From Arsenophonus sp. (GTDB taxonomy: Bacteria > Pseudomonadota > Gammaproteobacteria > Enterobacterales > Enterobacteriaceae), in the NCBI GenBank assembly GCA_031446105.1, contig CP132907.1, forward strand, positions 67,921 through 131,920: 64,000 bases of DNA. Reading direction: 5' to 3'. Numbering within the stretch: position 1 is the stretch's first letter; each line of letters begins with the position of its first letter. The notes beneath the pieces were generated by a model. The model did no database searches. It saw nothing but the letters and a program-made list of their open reading frames with translations, and had not been told where the DNA came from. A program made the position numbers and the translations under genes. Shown here in pieces: positions 11,162 through 22,847 of the stretch.

Positions 11162-11491
11162 ATGAATAAAAACTTAGTGCTTAATTTGTCTGATAAAGAC
11201 TTTCAAATAAAAGTCATAGAAGCAATAAAACCAATATTAATTGATTTTTGGGCAGTTTGGTGTGCTCCTTGTAAAATAATTTCTTCTATTTTAGATGAAA
11301 TAGCCAATCAATATGCACTAAAATTAATTATTGGAAAGTTAAATATTGAAAATAATCCAATTATAACAGCTAAATATAATATTCGTAGTATTCCAACTTT
11401 ATTACTTTTAAAAAAAGGAATAAAGATTGATGAATATATAGGTTTATTATCTAAAGATCAATTGCAAAATTTTATAGAAAAAAATATTTAA
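11162..11491 (+). CDS. trxA: thioredoxin 1
   Basis: 109 aa, same length as E. coli TrxA. Thioredoxin fold motifs are present (DFWA.WC.PCK, IRSIPTLLL). It lies upstream of rho as in E. coli. The active site reads WCAPC rather than WCGPC. Confidence 0.93.
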   Translation: MNKNLVLNLSDKDFQIKVIEAIKPILIDFWAVWCAPCKIISSILDEIANQYALKLIIGKLNIENNPIITAKYNIRSIPTLLLLKKGIKIDEYIGLLSKDQLQNFIEKNI

Positions 11492-11934
11492 TTTTTTAAA
11501 AATTAAAAAGATTAAAAAAGTAAATAGTATATATTTTAAAAAATTTTTTTTAAATGATGATAATGTAAGGTTGTAATTTAATGCATATTTTAATAAGATT
11601 TAAAAGATAAATACGTAATTTTTTATATACATTTTTTATAAAAAATGCCGAAAATAAATTAAAAATTCTACCAATTAAAAGTATAATTTTTATTTTTTTT
11701 CGCAGTTAATCTGTGTTTTTATTTTGTTTTATTTTATTTTGTAATAAAAAAATATAAAAAGATATTTGCTTATTCTTTAAATTACATATAATTTTTCAAC
11801 ATGAAGTTATATTATAATAAAATTTTAATATTATTTATTAAAAATATTAATTATTATTGATATTATATAAATACATCAATAATCTATTATATATAATTTT
11901 TAAAAATATACCGCAAGTTTAAGAACCCACCATT

Positions 11935-13194
11935 ATGAATCTTACCGAATTAAAAAATACGCCAGTTTCTGCATTAATTACTATTGGCGAAGGTATGGGA
12001 TTAGAAAATTTACCTCGTATGAGAAAACAGGACATTATTTTTTCTATTTTAAAGCAACATGCTAAAAGTGGAGAATATATTTTTGGTGATGGCGTATTAG
12101 AAATTTTACAGGATGGATTTGGATTTCTTCGTTCTTCTGATAGTTCTTATTTAGCGGGACCTGATGATATTTATGTTTCTCCTAGTCAAATTCGTCGTTT
12201 TAATTTACGAACAGGTGATACCATTTCTGGAAAAATTCGTCCACCGAAAGAAGGAGAACGTTATTTTGCTTTATTAAAAGTTAATGAAGTAAATTTTGAT
12301 AAACCTGAAAATGCTCGTAGTAAAATTTTATTTGAGAATTTAACACCATTACATGCTAATAGTCGTTTGCGTATGGAACGTGGTAATGGATCCACAGAAG
12401 ATTTAACTGCTCGTGTTTTAGATTTATCTGCTCCTATTGGATGTGGACAACGTGGTTTAATTGTTGCTCCTCCAAAAGCAGGTAAAACTATGTTATTACA
12501 AAATATTGCCGCTAATATTGCAAATAATTATTTAGATTGTGTTTTGATGGTTTTGCTGATTGATGAAAGACCAGAAGAAGTTACAGAAATGCAACGTTTA
12601 GTAAAAGGAGAAGTTATTGCTTCTACTTTTGATGAACCTGCATCTCGTCATATACAGGTTGCTGAAATGGTTATAGAAAAAGCAAAACGCCTAGTTGAAC
12701 ATAAAAAAGATGTTATTATTCTTTTAGATTCTATTACACGTCTTGCTCGTGCTTATAATACTGTGATTCCTTCTTCTGGAAAAGTATTAACTGGTGGAGT
12801 TGATGCCAATGCTTTACATCGTCCTAAACGTTTTTTTGGAGCTGCCCGTAATGTAAAAGAAGGTGGAAGTTTAACAATTATTGCTACAGCTTTGGTAGAT
12901 ACAGGATCAAAAATGGATGAGGTAATATATGAAGAATTTAAGGGTACAGGAAATATGGAATTAAATTTATCAAGAAAAATAGCAGAAAAACGTGTTTTTC
13001 CAGCAATTGATTATAACCGATCTGGTACCCGTAAGGAAGAATTATTAACTTTACCAGATGAGTTACAAAAAATGTGGATCTTGCGTAAAATTATTCATCC
13101 TATGAGTGAAATTGATGCAATGGAATTTTTAATAAATAAATTAGCGATGACAAAAACTAATAATGAATTTTTTGATTTTATGAAACGTTCTTAA
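11935..13194 (+). CDS. rho: transcription termination factor Rho
   Basis: 419 aa, the same length as E. coli Rho and almost identical over long stretches ([17 protein letters not shown], Walker [27 protein letters not shown]...SGTRKEELL). Confidence 0.98.
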   Translation: MNLTELKNTPVSALITIGEGMGLENLPRMRKQDIIFSILKQHAKSGEYIFGDGVLEILQDGFGFLRSSDSSYLAGPDDIYVSPSQIRRFNLRTGDTISGKIRPPKEGERYFALLKVNEVNFDKPENARSKILFENLTPLHANSRLRMERGNGSTEDLTARVLDLSAPIGCGQRGLIVAPPKAGKTMLLQNIAANIANNYLDCVLMVLLIDERPEEVTEMQRLVKGEVIASTFDEPASRHIQVAEMVIEKAKRLVEHKKDVIILLDSITRLARAYNTVIPSSGKVLTGGVDANALHRPKRFFGAARNVKEGGSLTIIATALVDTGSKMDEVIYEEFKGTGNMELNLSRKIAEKRVFPAIDYNRSGTRKEELLTLPDELQKMWILRKIIHPMSEIDAMEFLINKLAMTKTNNEFFDFMKRS

Positions 13195-14972
13195 GTGATT
13201 TATAATTACTTTTAATTTAAAATTTATAATTGTTTTTAATTTAAATTAAGTAAAAAAATTATTTTTATTATATAAAATTAATATTATATTTTATTATAAT
13301 TTGTCATATTATTTTAATGCAGAGATATTTTTAAAAATATGAATTTATTATAATGATATTTTTTATAAATTTATGTACAAGTTTTTAAAAATTTTAATTA
13401 TTTTTTAATAAATTTTTATAAATTTAAATTATCAGAATTTTTTATCGTTTCTTAATAAGTATAAAGATTTATTTTTAAAATATTATTAAATATAGAATAA
13501 ATTTATTTGCATAATATTAATTAATATTATTTTTGCAATAATTAAAAAATTTATTAAAAAAATAAATGTTTTTCTTAAAATAAAATGGGTTAATTTTATT
13601 AAGTAAAAAAATTTGTTTTTTTATTTATTAAATCTAATAATTTTTTTAAAATTGGTAAGTTATTTTTATTTTTATCTTAAAATATAATTTTTTAATAATT
13701 TATTTTTTAATTTTTTAATGGAATTAGTATTTTTTTATTAAATATATTATAGAATATTTTTTATTTTATATTATAAATATTTTAGTATTTATTAATTTTA
13801 ATTTTTAATAGTTTAAGGTGATTTAATTTATATTTTTTTAAAATATCAGAAAAAATAGTAATTAAGATATGTATAATTTTTTTATTTATGTTTAAAATAG
13901 ATTTTTAATCTATTTTATTATATTTTAATTAGTTAATTAACAGTGTGTTTTTATGTTAGTTTAAGATTTTTCTTAAATTAAAATTTTTATAATTTTGATT
14001 AGATTATACTTAATTTTTATATTTTTTTCTAAAATTTTATTTCATTATTCTAATTAATATAAATAATTTTATAGTAAAATAATAATTTTCATGGATTATA
14101 AGAGATTTTTTATAACATTTTTTTAATTAAAAATTTTAATCATTTAAAATCTATAAAAAATTAAAAAAATAAGTTTTAAGAATTAAAATTAAAATATTTT
14201 ATTAAAAATTATTATTTTTATTTATTTTTATATTTTAATTTATTTTTTTTCTTAGAAAATAATTTTAATATTAGTTTTTTATAAAAAATATTTGATATAT
14301 AAATATTATATTTTTTTAAAAATAAATTTTGCTGTATTTTTATTATAGTATTTTCAAGTTTGTAATATTACTATTTGCAGTGGTTCTTTTATAATATATA
14401 ATTATTTAATAATTATTACTTAATTTTTTAAAAAATAAAGTAATATTAAAAATAATATTTTTTTTGCATAATTTATTATAAAATTTTTTATATTTAAAAA
14501 AATATTGGTTTAGCTTATTTTTTATCTATAAATAAAAAATTTTATCTATGTGTATTATTATTTATGATATCATAGTTTCAGTTATATTAAATTCATAAAA
14601 TTTAAGAAAATAAATAATAAAAAAATTAAAAAAAATTATATTTTAAAATTAATATTATTTTTCTTATATAAATTATTGCATATTATTTTTTTTGCTTTAT
14701 GTTATATTAAAACAGTTTTTAACCCAGAGATTTATTTTTTTCGGTTGATGCTTAATATTACTTTTAATTTATATTTAAAATATTATTTTTTATTGATTAT
14801 ATAAAATTTTATGTTAATCATTAATTTTGTTATATTTAATCTAAAAATATTTAATTATTTTTTAAAAACATATGTAATTTTCTAATTATAGAAAATACTG
14901 CACAATTTCTAATAAAATTCATAGTATAAAAATAATTTAATATAATATTGTTTATTTAGATTTTTTTTATTT

Positions 14973-15047
<75 letters not shown>

Positions 15048-15089
15048 TTTTATTTAATATTTTTTTATTTTTTAATTAAATGGTTTTAT

Positions 15090-15166
15090 GGTGGCTATAG
15101 CTCAGTTGGTAGAGCTCCGGATTGTGATTCCGGTTGTCGTGGGTTCGAATCCCATTAGTCACCCCA
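15090..15166 (+). tRNA. hisR: tRNA-His (anticodon GUG)
   Basis: Has the extra 5' G(-1) typical of tRNA-His. The anticodon arm is CCGGA-TTGTGAT-TCCGG and the T loop is GGGTTCGAATCCC. CCA is encoded. It is close to E. coli hisR. Confidence 0.92.
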
Positions 15167-15203
15167 ATAATTTATTTTTACATTTATTTTGTTTATTTTT
15201 TTT

Positions 15204-15290
15204 GCGATTGTGGCGGAATGGGTAGACGCACTAACTTCAGATGTTAGTATTCTTTTTATGAATTTAGGGGTTCAAGTCCCCTCTTTCGCA
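15204..15290 (+). tRNA. leuT: tRNA-Leu (anticodon CAG), long variable arm, acceptor stem with two mismatches
   Basis: Type II tRNA. D region is TGGCGGAATGGGTAGACGC, anticodon arm is CTAAC-TTCAGAT-GTTAG, variable stem is ATTC/GAAT, and T arm is AGGGG-TTCAAGT-CCCCT. The acceptor GCGATTG pairs with CTTTCGC, leaving T5-T68 and T6-T67 unpaired. It occupies the leuT position in the argX-hisR-leuT-proM order. Confidence 0.72.
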
Positions 15291-15347
15291 TAATAAATTG
15301 TAAATTTATTAATATAATAAGTGGTATGATAATAAAAAAATCTTTTT

Positions 15348-15424
15348 CGGCGAGTAGCGCAGGTTGGTAGCGCAACTGGTTTGGGACCAGTAGGTCGGAG
15401 GTTCAAATCCTCTCTCGCCGACCA
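15348..15424 (+). tRNA. proM: tRNA-Pro (anticodon UGG)
   Basis: Perfect acceptor CGGCGAG/CTCGCCG. The anticodon arm is CTGGT-TTGGGAC-CAG..., the T loop is GGTTCAAATCC, and CCA is encoded. It is almost identical to E. coli proM. Confidence 0.92.
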
Positions 15425-16479
15425 TAATAAAATACATTTTGTTATTTTTTGATTTTTATTTTTTATTATATAGGAATTATTTTTATTATAAATTTGTAAT
15501 TTTTATTACAGTTGATATGATAAAAAAATATTTTTTAATATCAGATTATAATAAAATATATTATATAGAATATAAAAATATCGGTAAAAATTTATTCTTT
15601 ATAATTTTTTTATTATTTTTTTTAAATTAAAAAATTATCAACTTTATATTATAAGATATAATTAAAATAAATTAAAAACAATTTTTTATAAAATTTAATA
15701 GATTATTTTTAAATTTGTAATAATTATGAATATAAATACTTTATTTATTTTTTTAAAATATTAATTGTATTACTATTAATAATTTTATTATAAAATAAAT
15801 TTTATTTTTTTTAAAATTTTTATTAGTATTTTTTAAGTTATTAAAAAATATTAATTTTATTTTATTTTTTTTAATATATTAAATATAATTTATAAAATTA
15901 TTAATTTACAAAATGCTTTAATTAAAAAGCATAATTTTTAGTACATTTATCTGTTTTGATTGATTTTTAATCAAAATTAATTATCACATATTAGTGAAAT
16001 ATGTACTAAAAAAATAGATAATAAAACAACAAACAAGATTGATGATCTTTTTTAATTAGATTAAAAAATAACTAAATTTAATATTTTTTTTATTAGCTAA
16101 AATAATTTTTTTAATATTTTTATTTTAAAATATTTTTATTTTGACATTATATTTGAAATAATTTTATATCATATTTTGTTATTTAATATTTATAACAATT
16201 TATAAAATAATCAATATTATTTTTCGTAATTTTAATATTTTTGCAATTAATTCTTGTTTACTATTTTCTTAATAATAAAAATTTTTTAGAAATTGCAAAA
16301 AAGATAATACGAGGAATGTTTATTTTTTTGGATCTTTAAATTAATAAATTAATTAATATTTTAAAGATTTTTTTTGTTTTTGAATGTTATATTTTTTAAT
16401 ATAATAAGTCATTATGCCATTTTTTGAATTGTAACAATTTTGATTAATAAACTATAAAAATAATTATTTAATTTAATTA

Positions 16480-17420
16480 TGTGTACAAGTTTTTTTTAAT
16501 TTATATTTTGTTTTGTAATTAATATTTTTCTTAATTTTATTTTATATTTTTTTATTCTTTATCATTAAATATTTTTTTTATAAGTTTAGTATTTGTCTTT
16601 GTAAATTTTCTATGTTTTAAATTTTTTTTTACTAAAATAATTTTACTAAAATTTGAAAAAACTGATAAGTGTTTTTATCTAAATATTTTTCAAAAGTATA
16701 ATTATACATTTTAACTTGATAACTATTTCTAAAATATAATTAAAAATTTATTTTTTTAAATAAAGACAAAAATTTTATAATAATGTAATGATTTTAAAAA
16801 GTATAATAATTTTTAAGGTAATATTCTATATCAATAGTAGTTTATTTAAAATTGCAGAAAATATTTTTTTAAATATAATGGTAATGCGTATTTGTTTTTT
16901 TAAACCAAATCTCTTAAGAAAAGCGACAAAAAAATAAAGTATTATTTAATTTATTTAGTTTTATTTTTAATATCTTTTAAATCTTTTAAAAAATAAGTGC
17001 AAAAAGAAATGAGGCATTTTGTATTGACGATATAAACTCAATTTTTTTATAGTATTGCTGATAATTAATAAATTTTTAGATAAAGAATTTATGAATATTT
17101 CTTTTTATAAAATATATTGCAATATTGGTTTCTTTATTTAGCAATGCATTTTCTATTTTTTAACAAATAAACTTTTTCTACTAATTTTTTTATATAGAAA
17201 AGTATTTATAAAAAATAATTATCTTGAATAATTATTGAAATAATTTAAATTTTTAATTTTATATGATATTTTTCTATATTTTTATAAAATATTTTTTTTA
17301 AAGTTTTAATAAACTTTTTCTATATAGTTATATTTAGTTTTTTAGTAAAAAACTAAATTTTTTATGAAAGTGAAAGTTACATTTAAATTATTAAGTGATT
17401 TAATTAAATTTAAAAAAATT
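16480..17420 (-). pseudogene. hemC: eroded relic of porphobilinogen deaminase gene hemC (boundaries approximate)
   Basis: The minus-strand translation of 16933..16868 is FFVAFLKRFGLKKQIRITIIFK. E. coli HemC has LAVAGLKRLGLESRIRAAL (from memory), giving 9 identities in 19 positions with no stop over 22 codons. Flanking codons are riddled with stops. Position and strand fit the E. coli order proM...hemYXDC(-) cyaA(+) cyaY lptM dapF. Confidence 0.4.
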
Positions 17421-18594
17421 CATATTTTTAGTTATTTTTAAGTATTTTATATAATTTTAATAAAATATATCATCTTTAATAAAATTATTTTTTTTATTAA
17501 AGACTATTTTATATAAAATATAAATCTATTAAAATACATAAAATATGAAGTATCATAAAAAATTTTTTATATATTTAATATATTTATTTTAATAAATAAT
17601 CTTTATTTTTTATTTATAAAAATTATCATATCTGTTTATTTCTATTTTTTTAAATATTATTATTTTTTATTTAATTAAATTTGACAATAAATTAAATTAT
17701 TTTATAATTTTTTTATATTCTTATATTTAGATTTTTAATAAAAAATATATTTATTTATAAATAATTAATTAATAAAAATATCATATTTTAAGTTCAATTA
17801 TTTTAAAAATATTTATTTATTTTTAAAAATTTAAAATTAAAATATATTTATGCTATTCTAAAATTAGAAATTAAAATATTATTTATATAATCAATATGTT
17901 GTTTTTGAATATTTTAAATACTTAAATATTAAAAAATTTTAAATTAAAAAAAATAATAATTTAATTTTATTTAATAAATTTTAGAATTTATAATTCTTAA
18001 TTTATATTTTTATTATTAATTTAAAATAAAAATTATTAAATTAATAAAAGTAATATTTTTTATTTACAGAATTTTAATTTATAATAAAAATAACAATGTT
18101 TTATATTTTTAAATAAAATTTAATAAATATTTTTTAAATATATTTCTTATAAAAAATGTATTATTTAGTATAGTCTAAAGTAATTTTTATGTAATTTTTT
18201 GTGAATTAATAAATAAATATTTATATATATTAAACATCGATTATTAATTATTTTTGTTGTATTTTAGATTTTTAGAAATGTAATAATTTAATAAATTTTA
18301 AATAATTTATGATATTAAAATATAATTAAAATTTTTAATTTAAGAATTTTAGTATTTTTTTTAAATAGTTAAAAAAATTTGTAAAAATATTAAAAAATAA
18401 TGTATTTAATTTTTTATTATTTTTTGATTAGTTTTTTTAACTATATTTTTTTAAAAAAAGTATTTTTACAATAAATGATTTTTTATTTATTAATTTATTA
18501 AATTATTTTATGATTATTTAATATCATGATTATTTATATTAATATCATTTTTTTGTTTATTTTTAACTTTAAAAACATAAAGGGTAAAAAAATA

Positions 18595-18765
18595 ATGATT
18601 AAAATATTTAATATAAAAAAATTTTTTTTTATAATTTTGGTAAGTGTTTTATTAAAATTACTTTCAGGTTGTGGTATAAAAGATGTTCTTTATTTAAATT
18701 CTGAAGTAATAAAAAGTAATGAGAATGAAGAAGATAAATTTTTATTAAGAGATATCAAAAATTAA
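18595..18765 (+). CDS. lptM: small lipoprotein LptM (YifL)
   Basis: 56 codons from an internal ATG. The signal peptide plus lipobox LLSGCGIKDVLYL matches E. coli YifL LTGCGLKGPLYF. It lies immediately upstream of dapF as in E. coli. The longer ORF from 18526 is probably an artefactual extension. Confidence 0.7.
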   Translation: MIKIFNIKKFFFIILVSVLLKLLSGCGIKDVLYLNSEVIKSNENEEDKFLLRDIKN

Positions 18766-18829
18766 TAGAAAATATCATAATTAATCGATTAATTAAAATA
18801 TGTAATTTTTTGATTATTTTGGAGAAAAA

Positions 18830-19654
18830 ATGCAATTTTCAAAAATGCATAGCTTAGGTAATGATTTTATGGTAGTAGATGCAGTTAATCAAAATATTTT
18901 TTTTTCCTCTAAGTTAATTTGTCATTTATCAGATCGTCATAAGGGTATTGGTTTTGATCAGCTTTTATTGGTCGAGGCACCTTATTACCCAGATTTTGAT
19001 TTTCATTATCGTATCTTTAATGCCGATGGTAGTGAAGTTTTTCAATGTGGTAATGGTGCTCGTTGTTTGGCACATTTTGTTCGTCTTAAAAAATTAAGTC
19101 ATAAACGTAATATAAAAGTTAGTACTAAATCAGGAAAGATGACATTATTTATATTAAATAATCAAGATGTTTGTGTAAAAATGGGTATACCTCAATTTGA
19201 GCCACATAAAATACCATTTAAAGCTTTTAATATAAAAAAAAAATATAAGATTAAAATTAAAAAGAAAAGAATATTATGTGGTGTAGTTTCGATAGGTAAT
19301 CCACACTGTGTTTTACAGGTTGAAAATATTGATACTACCGAGGTTTTATTATTAGGTAGCTTAATAGAAAAGCATAAATGTTTTCCTGAAAGAACCAATG
19401 TTGGTTTTATGCAAATTATAAATAATAAAAATATTCGATTGCGTGTATATGAACGGGGTGTAGGAGAAACAAATGCTTGCGGAAGTGGTGCTTGTGCTGC
19501 TGTTGCTATTGGTATTCAGCAAGGTTTGTTACAAAAAAATGTTACTGTTGATTTACCTGGTGGTATTTTAAAAATTTTTTGGAATGGATTTGGTCATTCT
19601 TTATTTATGAGTGGTCCTGCAACGCATGTTTACGATGGTATCATTAATATATAA
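18830..19654 (+). CDS. dapF: diaminopimelate epimerase
   Basis: 274 aa, same length as E. coli Dap[36 protein letters not shown] and [17 protein letters not shown] carry both catalytic Cys motifs. GGAG lies 6 nt before the ATG. Confidence 0.96.
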   Translation: MQFSKMHSLGNDFMVVDAVNQNIFFSSKLICHLSDRHKGIGFDQLLLVEAPYYPDFDFHYRIFNADGSEVFQCGNGARCLAHFVRLKKLSHKRNIKVSTKSGKMTLFILNNQDVCVKMGIPQFEPHKIPFKAFNIKKKYKIKIKKKRILCGVVSIGNPHCVLQVENIDTTEVLLLGSLIEKHKCFPERTNVGFMQIINNKNIRLRVYERGVGETNACGSGACAAVAIGIQQGLLQKNVTVDLPGGILKIFWNGFGHSLFMSGPATHVYDGIINI

Positions 19655-19837
19655 ATTTATATTTTTTAGTTAAAATTGTATTTTTTTATAAAAACTATTT
19701 TTTATTAAGTAATATTTAAACTGAAAAATTTATTTTTTAAAAAAATATTTTTCTTATAATATAACTTTTATTTATAAAAATTGTTTTTTAGAAAAAATTT
19801 TAACTATATTTTTTTGATATTATAGAATTTTAATTAT

Positions 19838-20929
19838 CTATTTTTTAAATAAAAAATAGATAATATCACCATCTTGTACAATATAATTTTTTCCTTCACT
19901 GCGCATTTTTCCAGCTGCTTTTGCAGCAGTTTCTCCTTTATATTTAACAAAATCAGAGAATGAAATCGTTTGTGCACGTATGAATCCTTTTTTAAAATCT
20001 GAATGAATTTTTCCAGCTGCTTCTGGTGCAGTAGTATTAATTGGAATACTCCAAGCACGAATTTCTTTTGGTCCAGAAGTAAAAAAAGTTTGTATATTCA
20101 ATAAGTTATAACCAGCCAGTAATACTTTACTAAAACCAGTTAGTGTCATATTAAATTCGATCATAAATTCTCTTTTTTCATTCTTTTTTAGTTTGCTGAT
20201 ATCTGATTCGATAATGGCACATATTGGTATAACAATGGTATCTTCTTTTTTAGCTATTAACTTTACTGAATTTAAATAAGAATTATTTATAAAATTGTTT
20301 TCACTAACATTTGCAATATATATAATAGGTTTTAAAGTTAAAAAACTAAGATATTTAATTAGTTTTTTTTCTTCTTTTTTTAATACTAGATTGCGTAACA
20401 TACAAGATTTTTCAAGATGATGATAACACTTCAATAAAGTATTTAATCTAATTTTGATTTCTTGTGTTTTATTTTTTTCTTTTTTTTGTATCCTGTTAAT
20501 TGCTTTTTCACAAATATCTAAATCAGATAATATTAATTCAGTATTAATGATATTAATATCAATTAATGGATCAATTTTTCCATTAACATGTGTAATATTA
20601 TTGTTATCAAAGCATCGAATAACGTGTATTATAACTTCAGTTTCACGGATATTGTTTAAAAATTGATTACCTAATCCCTCTCCTTTAGATGCTCCTTCTA
20701 CTAATCCAGCAATATCAACAAATTCTATTTTAGTTGGTAATATTTTTTTCGGTTTAACAATTTTAGCTAATGTGTTAAGACGTGGATCAGGAATTTCTAC
20801 AATAGCATTGTTGGGTTTTATAGTGCAAAATGGAAAATTTTCTGCTTTAATATTAGATTTAGTAAGTGCATTAAAAAGTGTTGATTTTCCTACATTTGGT
20901 AAACCAATAATGCCACATTTAAATCCCAT
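19838..20929 (-). CDS. ychF: ribosome-binding ATPase YchF
   Basis: 363 aa. [23 protein letters not shown] (P-loop), [24 protein letters not shown], and the C-terminal TGS-like RAW.I..G..AP.AAG.IH.DF..GFIRA. It is adjacent to pth as in E. coli. Confidence 0.96.
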   Translation of the reverse strand: MGFKCGIIGLPNVGKSTLFNALTKSNIKAENFPFCTIKPNNAIVEIPDPRLNTLAKIVKPKKILPTKIEFVDIAGLVEGASKGEGLGNQFLNNIRETEVIIHVIRCFDNNNITHVNGKIDPLIDINIINTELILSDLDICEKAINRIQKKEKNKTQEIKIRLNTLLKCYHHLEKSCMLRNLVLKKEEKKLIKYLSFLTLKPIIYIANVSENNFINNSYLNSVKLIAKKEDTIVIPICAIIESDISKLKKNEKREFMIEFNMTLTGFSKVLLAGYNLLNIQTFFTSGPKEIRAWSIPINTTAPEAAGKIHSDFKKGFIRAQTISFSDFVKYKGETAAKAAGKMRSEGKNYIVQDGDIIYFLFKK

Positions 20930-21052
20930 AATTAATTTTACCTAATTTTAAATATTTCTTGATTATAAGTAAGGATAAATAAATTTATTTATTAATAAAT
21001 AATATAAAATAAATAATATATATGATATTAATTTATATAATAATCATTATTT

Positions 21053-21643
21053 TTAATAAAATGCTTTAAAGTTGTGTAAACGAGTGATTGCTTTATTTAT
21101 TCCTTGATCTAATAAAATTTCAGTACAGAATATTGCTTCTTTAATAGTTGTATTAATTAATTTTTTTTCGTGTATTTTTGGTTTATTTAATAAAAATTGA
21201 ACAACTTTATTTTTATTTCCAGGATGACCAATTCCAATTCGTAAACGATAAAAATTAGCATTATTACCAAGTTTTTCTTGGATATCTTTAAGTCCATTAT
21301 GTCCATTATTTGTACCACCAAATTTTATTTTAGCTTTTCCTGGAATTAAATTTAATTCATCATGAACTACGAGAATTTTTTCTGGTTGGATATGATAAAA
21401 ATTAACTAACGATAAGACTGCTTTACCATTAAAATTCATATATATTTTTGGAATTAATAAATAAATAGATCCTCCGTATAAATTAATTTTTCCTATGTAA
21501 CCAAAAAAATTTTTTTTTGGTTTTAAAATTTGTTTATATTTTTTTGCTAATAATTTTATATACCAAGATCCTACATTATGACGAGTTAATTCATATTTAA
21601 TACCTGGATTAGCTAAACCTACAATTAGTTTTATATTACCCAT
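21053..21643 (-). CDS. pth: peptidyl-tRNA hydrolase
   Basis: 196 aa. IKLIVGLANPG..Y..TRHN.G.W, HDEL.L.PG.AK.K.GG...GHNGLKDI and FYRLRIGIGHPG.KNKV match E. coli Pth. Confidence 0.95.
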   Translation of the reverse strand: MGNIKLIVGLANPGIKYELTRHNVGSWYIKLLAKKYKQILKPKKNFFGYIGKINLYGGSIYLLIPKIYMNFNGKAVLSLVNFYHIQPEKILVVHDELNLIPGKAKIKFGGTNNGHNGLKDIQEKLGNNANFYRLRIGIGHPGNKNKVVQFLLNKPKIHEKKLINTTIKEAIFCTEILLDQGINKAITRLHNFKAFY

Positions 21644-21826
21644 AATATTGTATTTATTTTATTGATTTTATGAATATTTATTATTTAATTTTGTATAAAA
21701 TATATCTTATTTTTTATTAAATATTTTTTTATTTATGTATATTTTAAGCTATAAAATGATATATAAAATATTATAAATTATTATTTATTGATATATTTAT
21801 AGCGTATTGATTTTTTAAATATTTTT

Positions 21827-22774
21827 TTAATGTTCGAACATAGCAGCAATTGATTCGTCATTACTAATTCTACGAATTGCTTCAGCTAACATTTCCGCTA
21901 ATGTTAAAGAACGAACTTTATTTAGTTTTTTTATATCAGAAGATAAAGGAATTGTATCACAAACTATAATTTCATCAATTACTGATTGTTTAATATTTAT
22001 TATTGCATCTCCTGAAAATATTGGATGAGTTGCATAAGAAAATACTCTTTTAGCACCTTGTTCCTTTAGGGCTTCGGCAGCTTTACATAAGGTGCTTCCA
22101 GTATCAATCATATCATCAACTATTACGCAATCTCGATTCTTTACATCTCCAATAATATGCATTACTTGAGAAACATTTGCTCTTGGACGTCTTTTGTCAA
22201 TAATTGCCATATAAGTATCATTTAGTAGTTTTGCAATAGCTCGTGCGCGAACAACTCCTCCTATATCAGGTGATACTACAATTGGATTAATTAATTTTTT
22301 TTTTAACATATCTTCTAATAAGATTTTGCTGCCAAAAACGTTATCTACTGGAACATCAAAGAATCCTTGAATTTGTTCTGCATGTAAATCAACAGTTAAT
22401 ACGCGATCAACCCCAACACTAGAAAGAAAATCAGCTATTATTTTAGCAGTAATTGGAACTCTAGCTGAACGTACTCTTCTGTCTTGACGTGCATAACCAA
22501 AGTATGGAATTACGGCAGTAATACGACCTGCAGATGCTCTTCTTAATGCATCAATCATTACTACTAGTTCCATTAAATTATCATTTGTTGGAGCACAGGT
22601 TGATTGTATTATAAAAATATCATCACCACGAACATTTTCATTAATTTTTACACTAATTTCACCATCACTAAAACGACCTACTTCAGCATCTCCAAGAGTA
22701 GTATCTAGACGATTAGCAACACGTTTAGCGAGTGTAGGTGTAGCGTTACCAGCAAAAAGTTTCATATCTGGCAT
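21827..22774 (-). CDS. prs: ribose-phosphate pyrophosphokinase
   Basis: 315 aa, very close to E. coli Prs throughout ([61 protein letters not shown]). This is the most GC-rich coding stretch in the window. Confidence 0.98.
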   Translation of the reverse strand: MPDMKLFAGNATPTLAKRVANRLDTTLGDAEVGRFSDGEISVKINENVRGDDIFIIQSTCAPTNDNLMELVVMIDALRRASAGRITAVIPYFGYARQDRRVRSARVPITAKIIADFLSSVGVDRVLTVDLHAEQIQGFFDVPVDNVFGSKILLEDMLKKKLINPIVVSPDIGGVVRARAIAKLLNDTYMAIIDKRRPRANVSQVMHIIGDVKNRDCVIVDDMIDTGSTLCKAAEALKEQGAKRVFSYATHPIFSGDAIINIKQSVIDEIIVCDTIPLSSDIKKLNKVRSLTLAEMLAEAIRRISNDESIAAMFEH

Positions 22775-22847
22775 TTTGGAACAGCCTCACTTTTGAAATA
22801 TTTAAAAGTATTATTATATTTTAACAAAAAATATATAAATTATGAAT

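Noticed and set aside
15439-15630. A 63-aa plus-strand ORF lies just after tRNA-Pro.
   Set aside because: It is a pure AT-codon product (F/Y/I/K/N/L) with no SD and no motif. It sits in DNA that I interpret as an eroded spacer, and an ORF of this length is plausible by chance there.
17332-17363. There are perfect AT-only palindromes with T-runs. Examples are the 12-bp stem atttagtttttt/aaaaaactaaat here, the nested inverted repeats at 15913-16012, the 9-10 bp stem at 16331-16369, and atcaaaaa/tttttgat near 29710.
   Set aside because: In spacers that are effectively a two-letter alphabet, 12-bp inverted repeats with short loops are expected many times by chance (my rough estimate is tens per window). 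Their positions do not follow gene ends. They are not reported as terminators or ncRNAs.
19834-20666. Alternative ORFs 19834-20058 (-) and 20454-20666 (+) overlap ychF. Similar shadow ORFs lie in dapF, prfA, sirB1, serC, aroA, rpsA, amiD, metK, gapA and topA.
   Set aside because: Each lies in a frame or strand overlapping a gene with unambiguous homology. None shows a motif.
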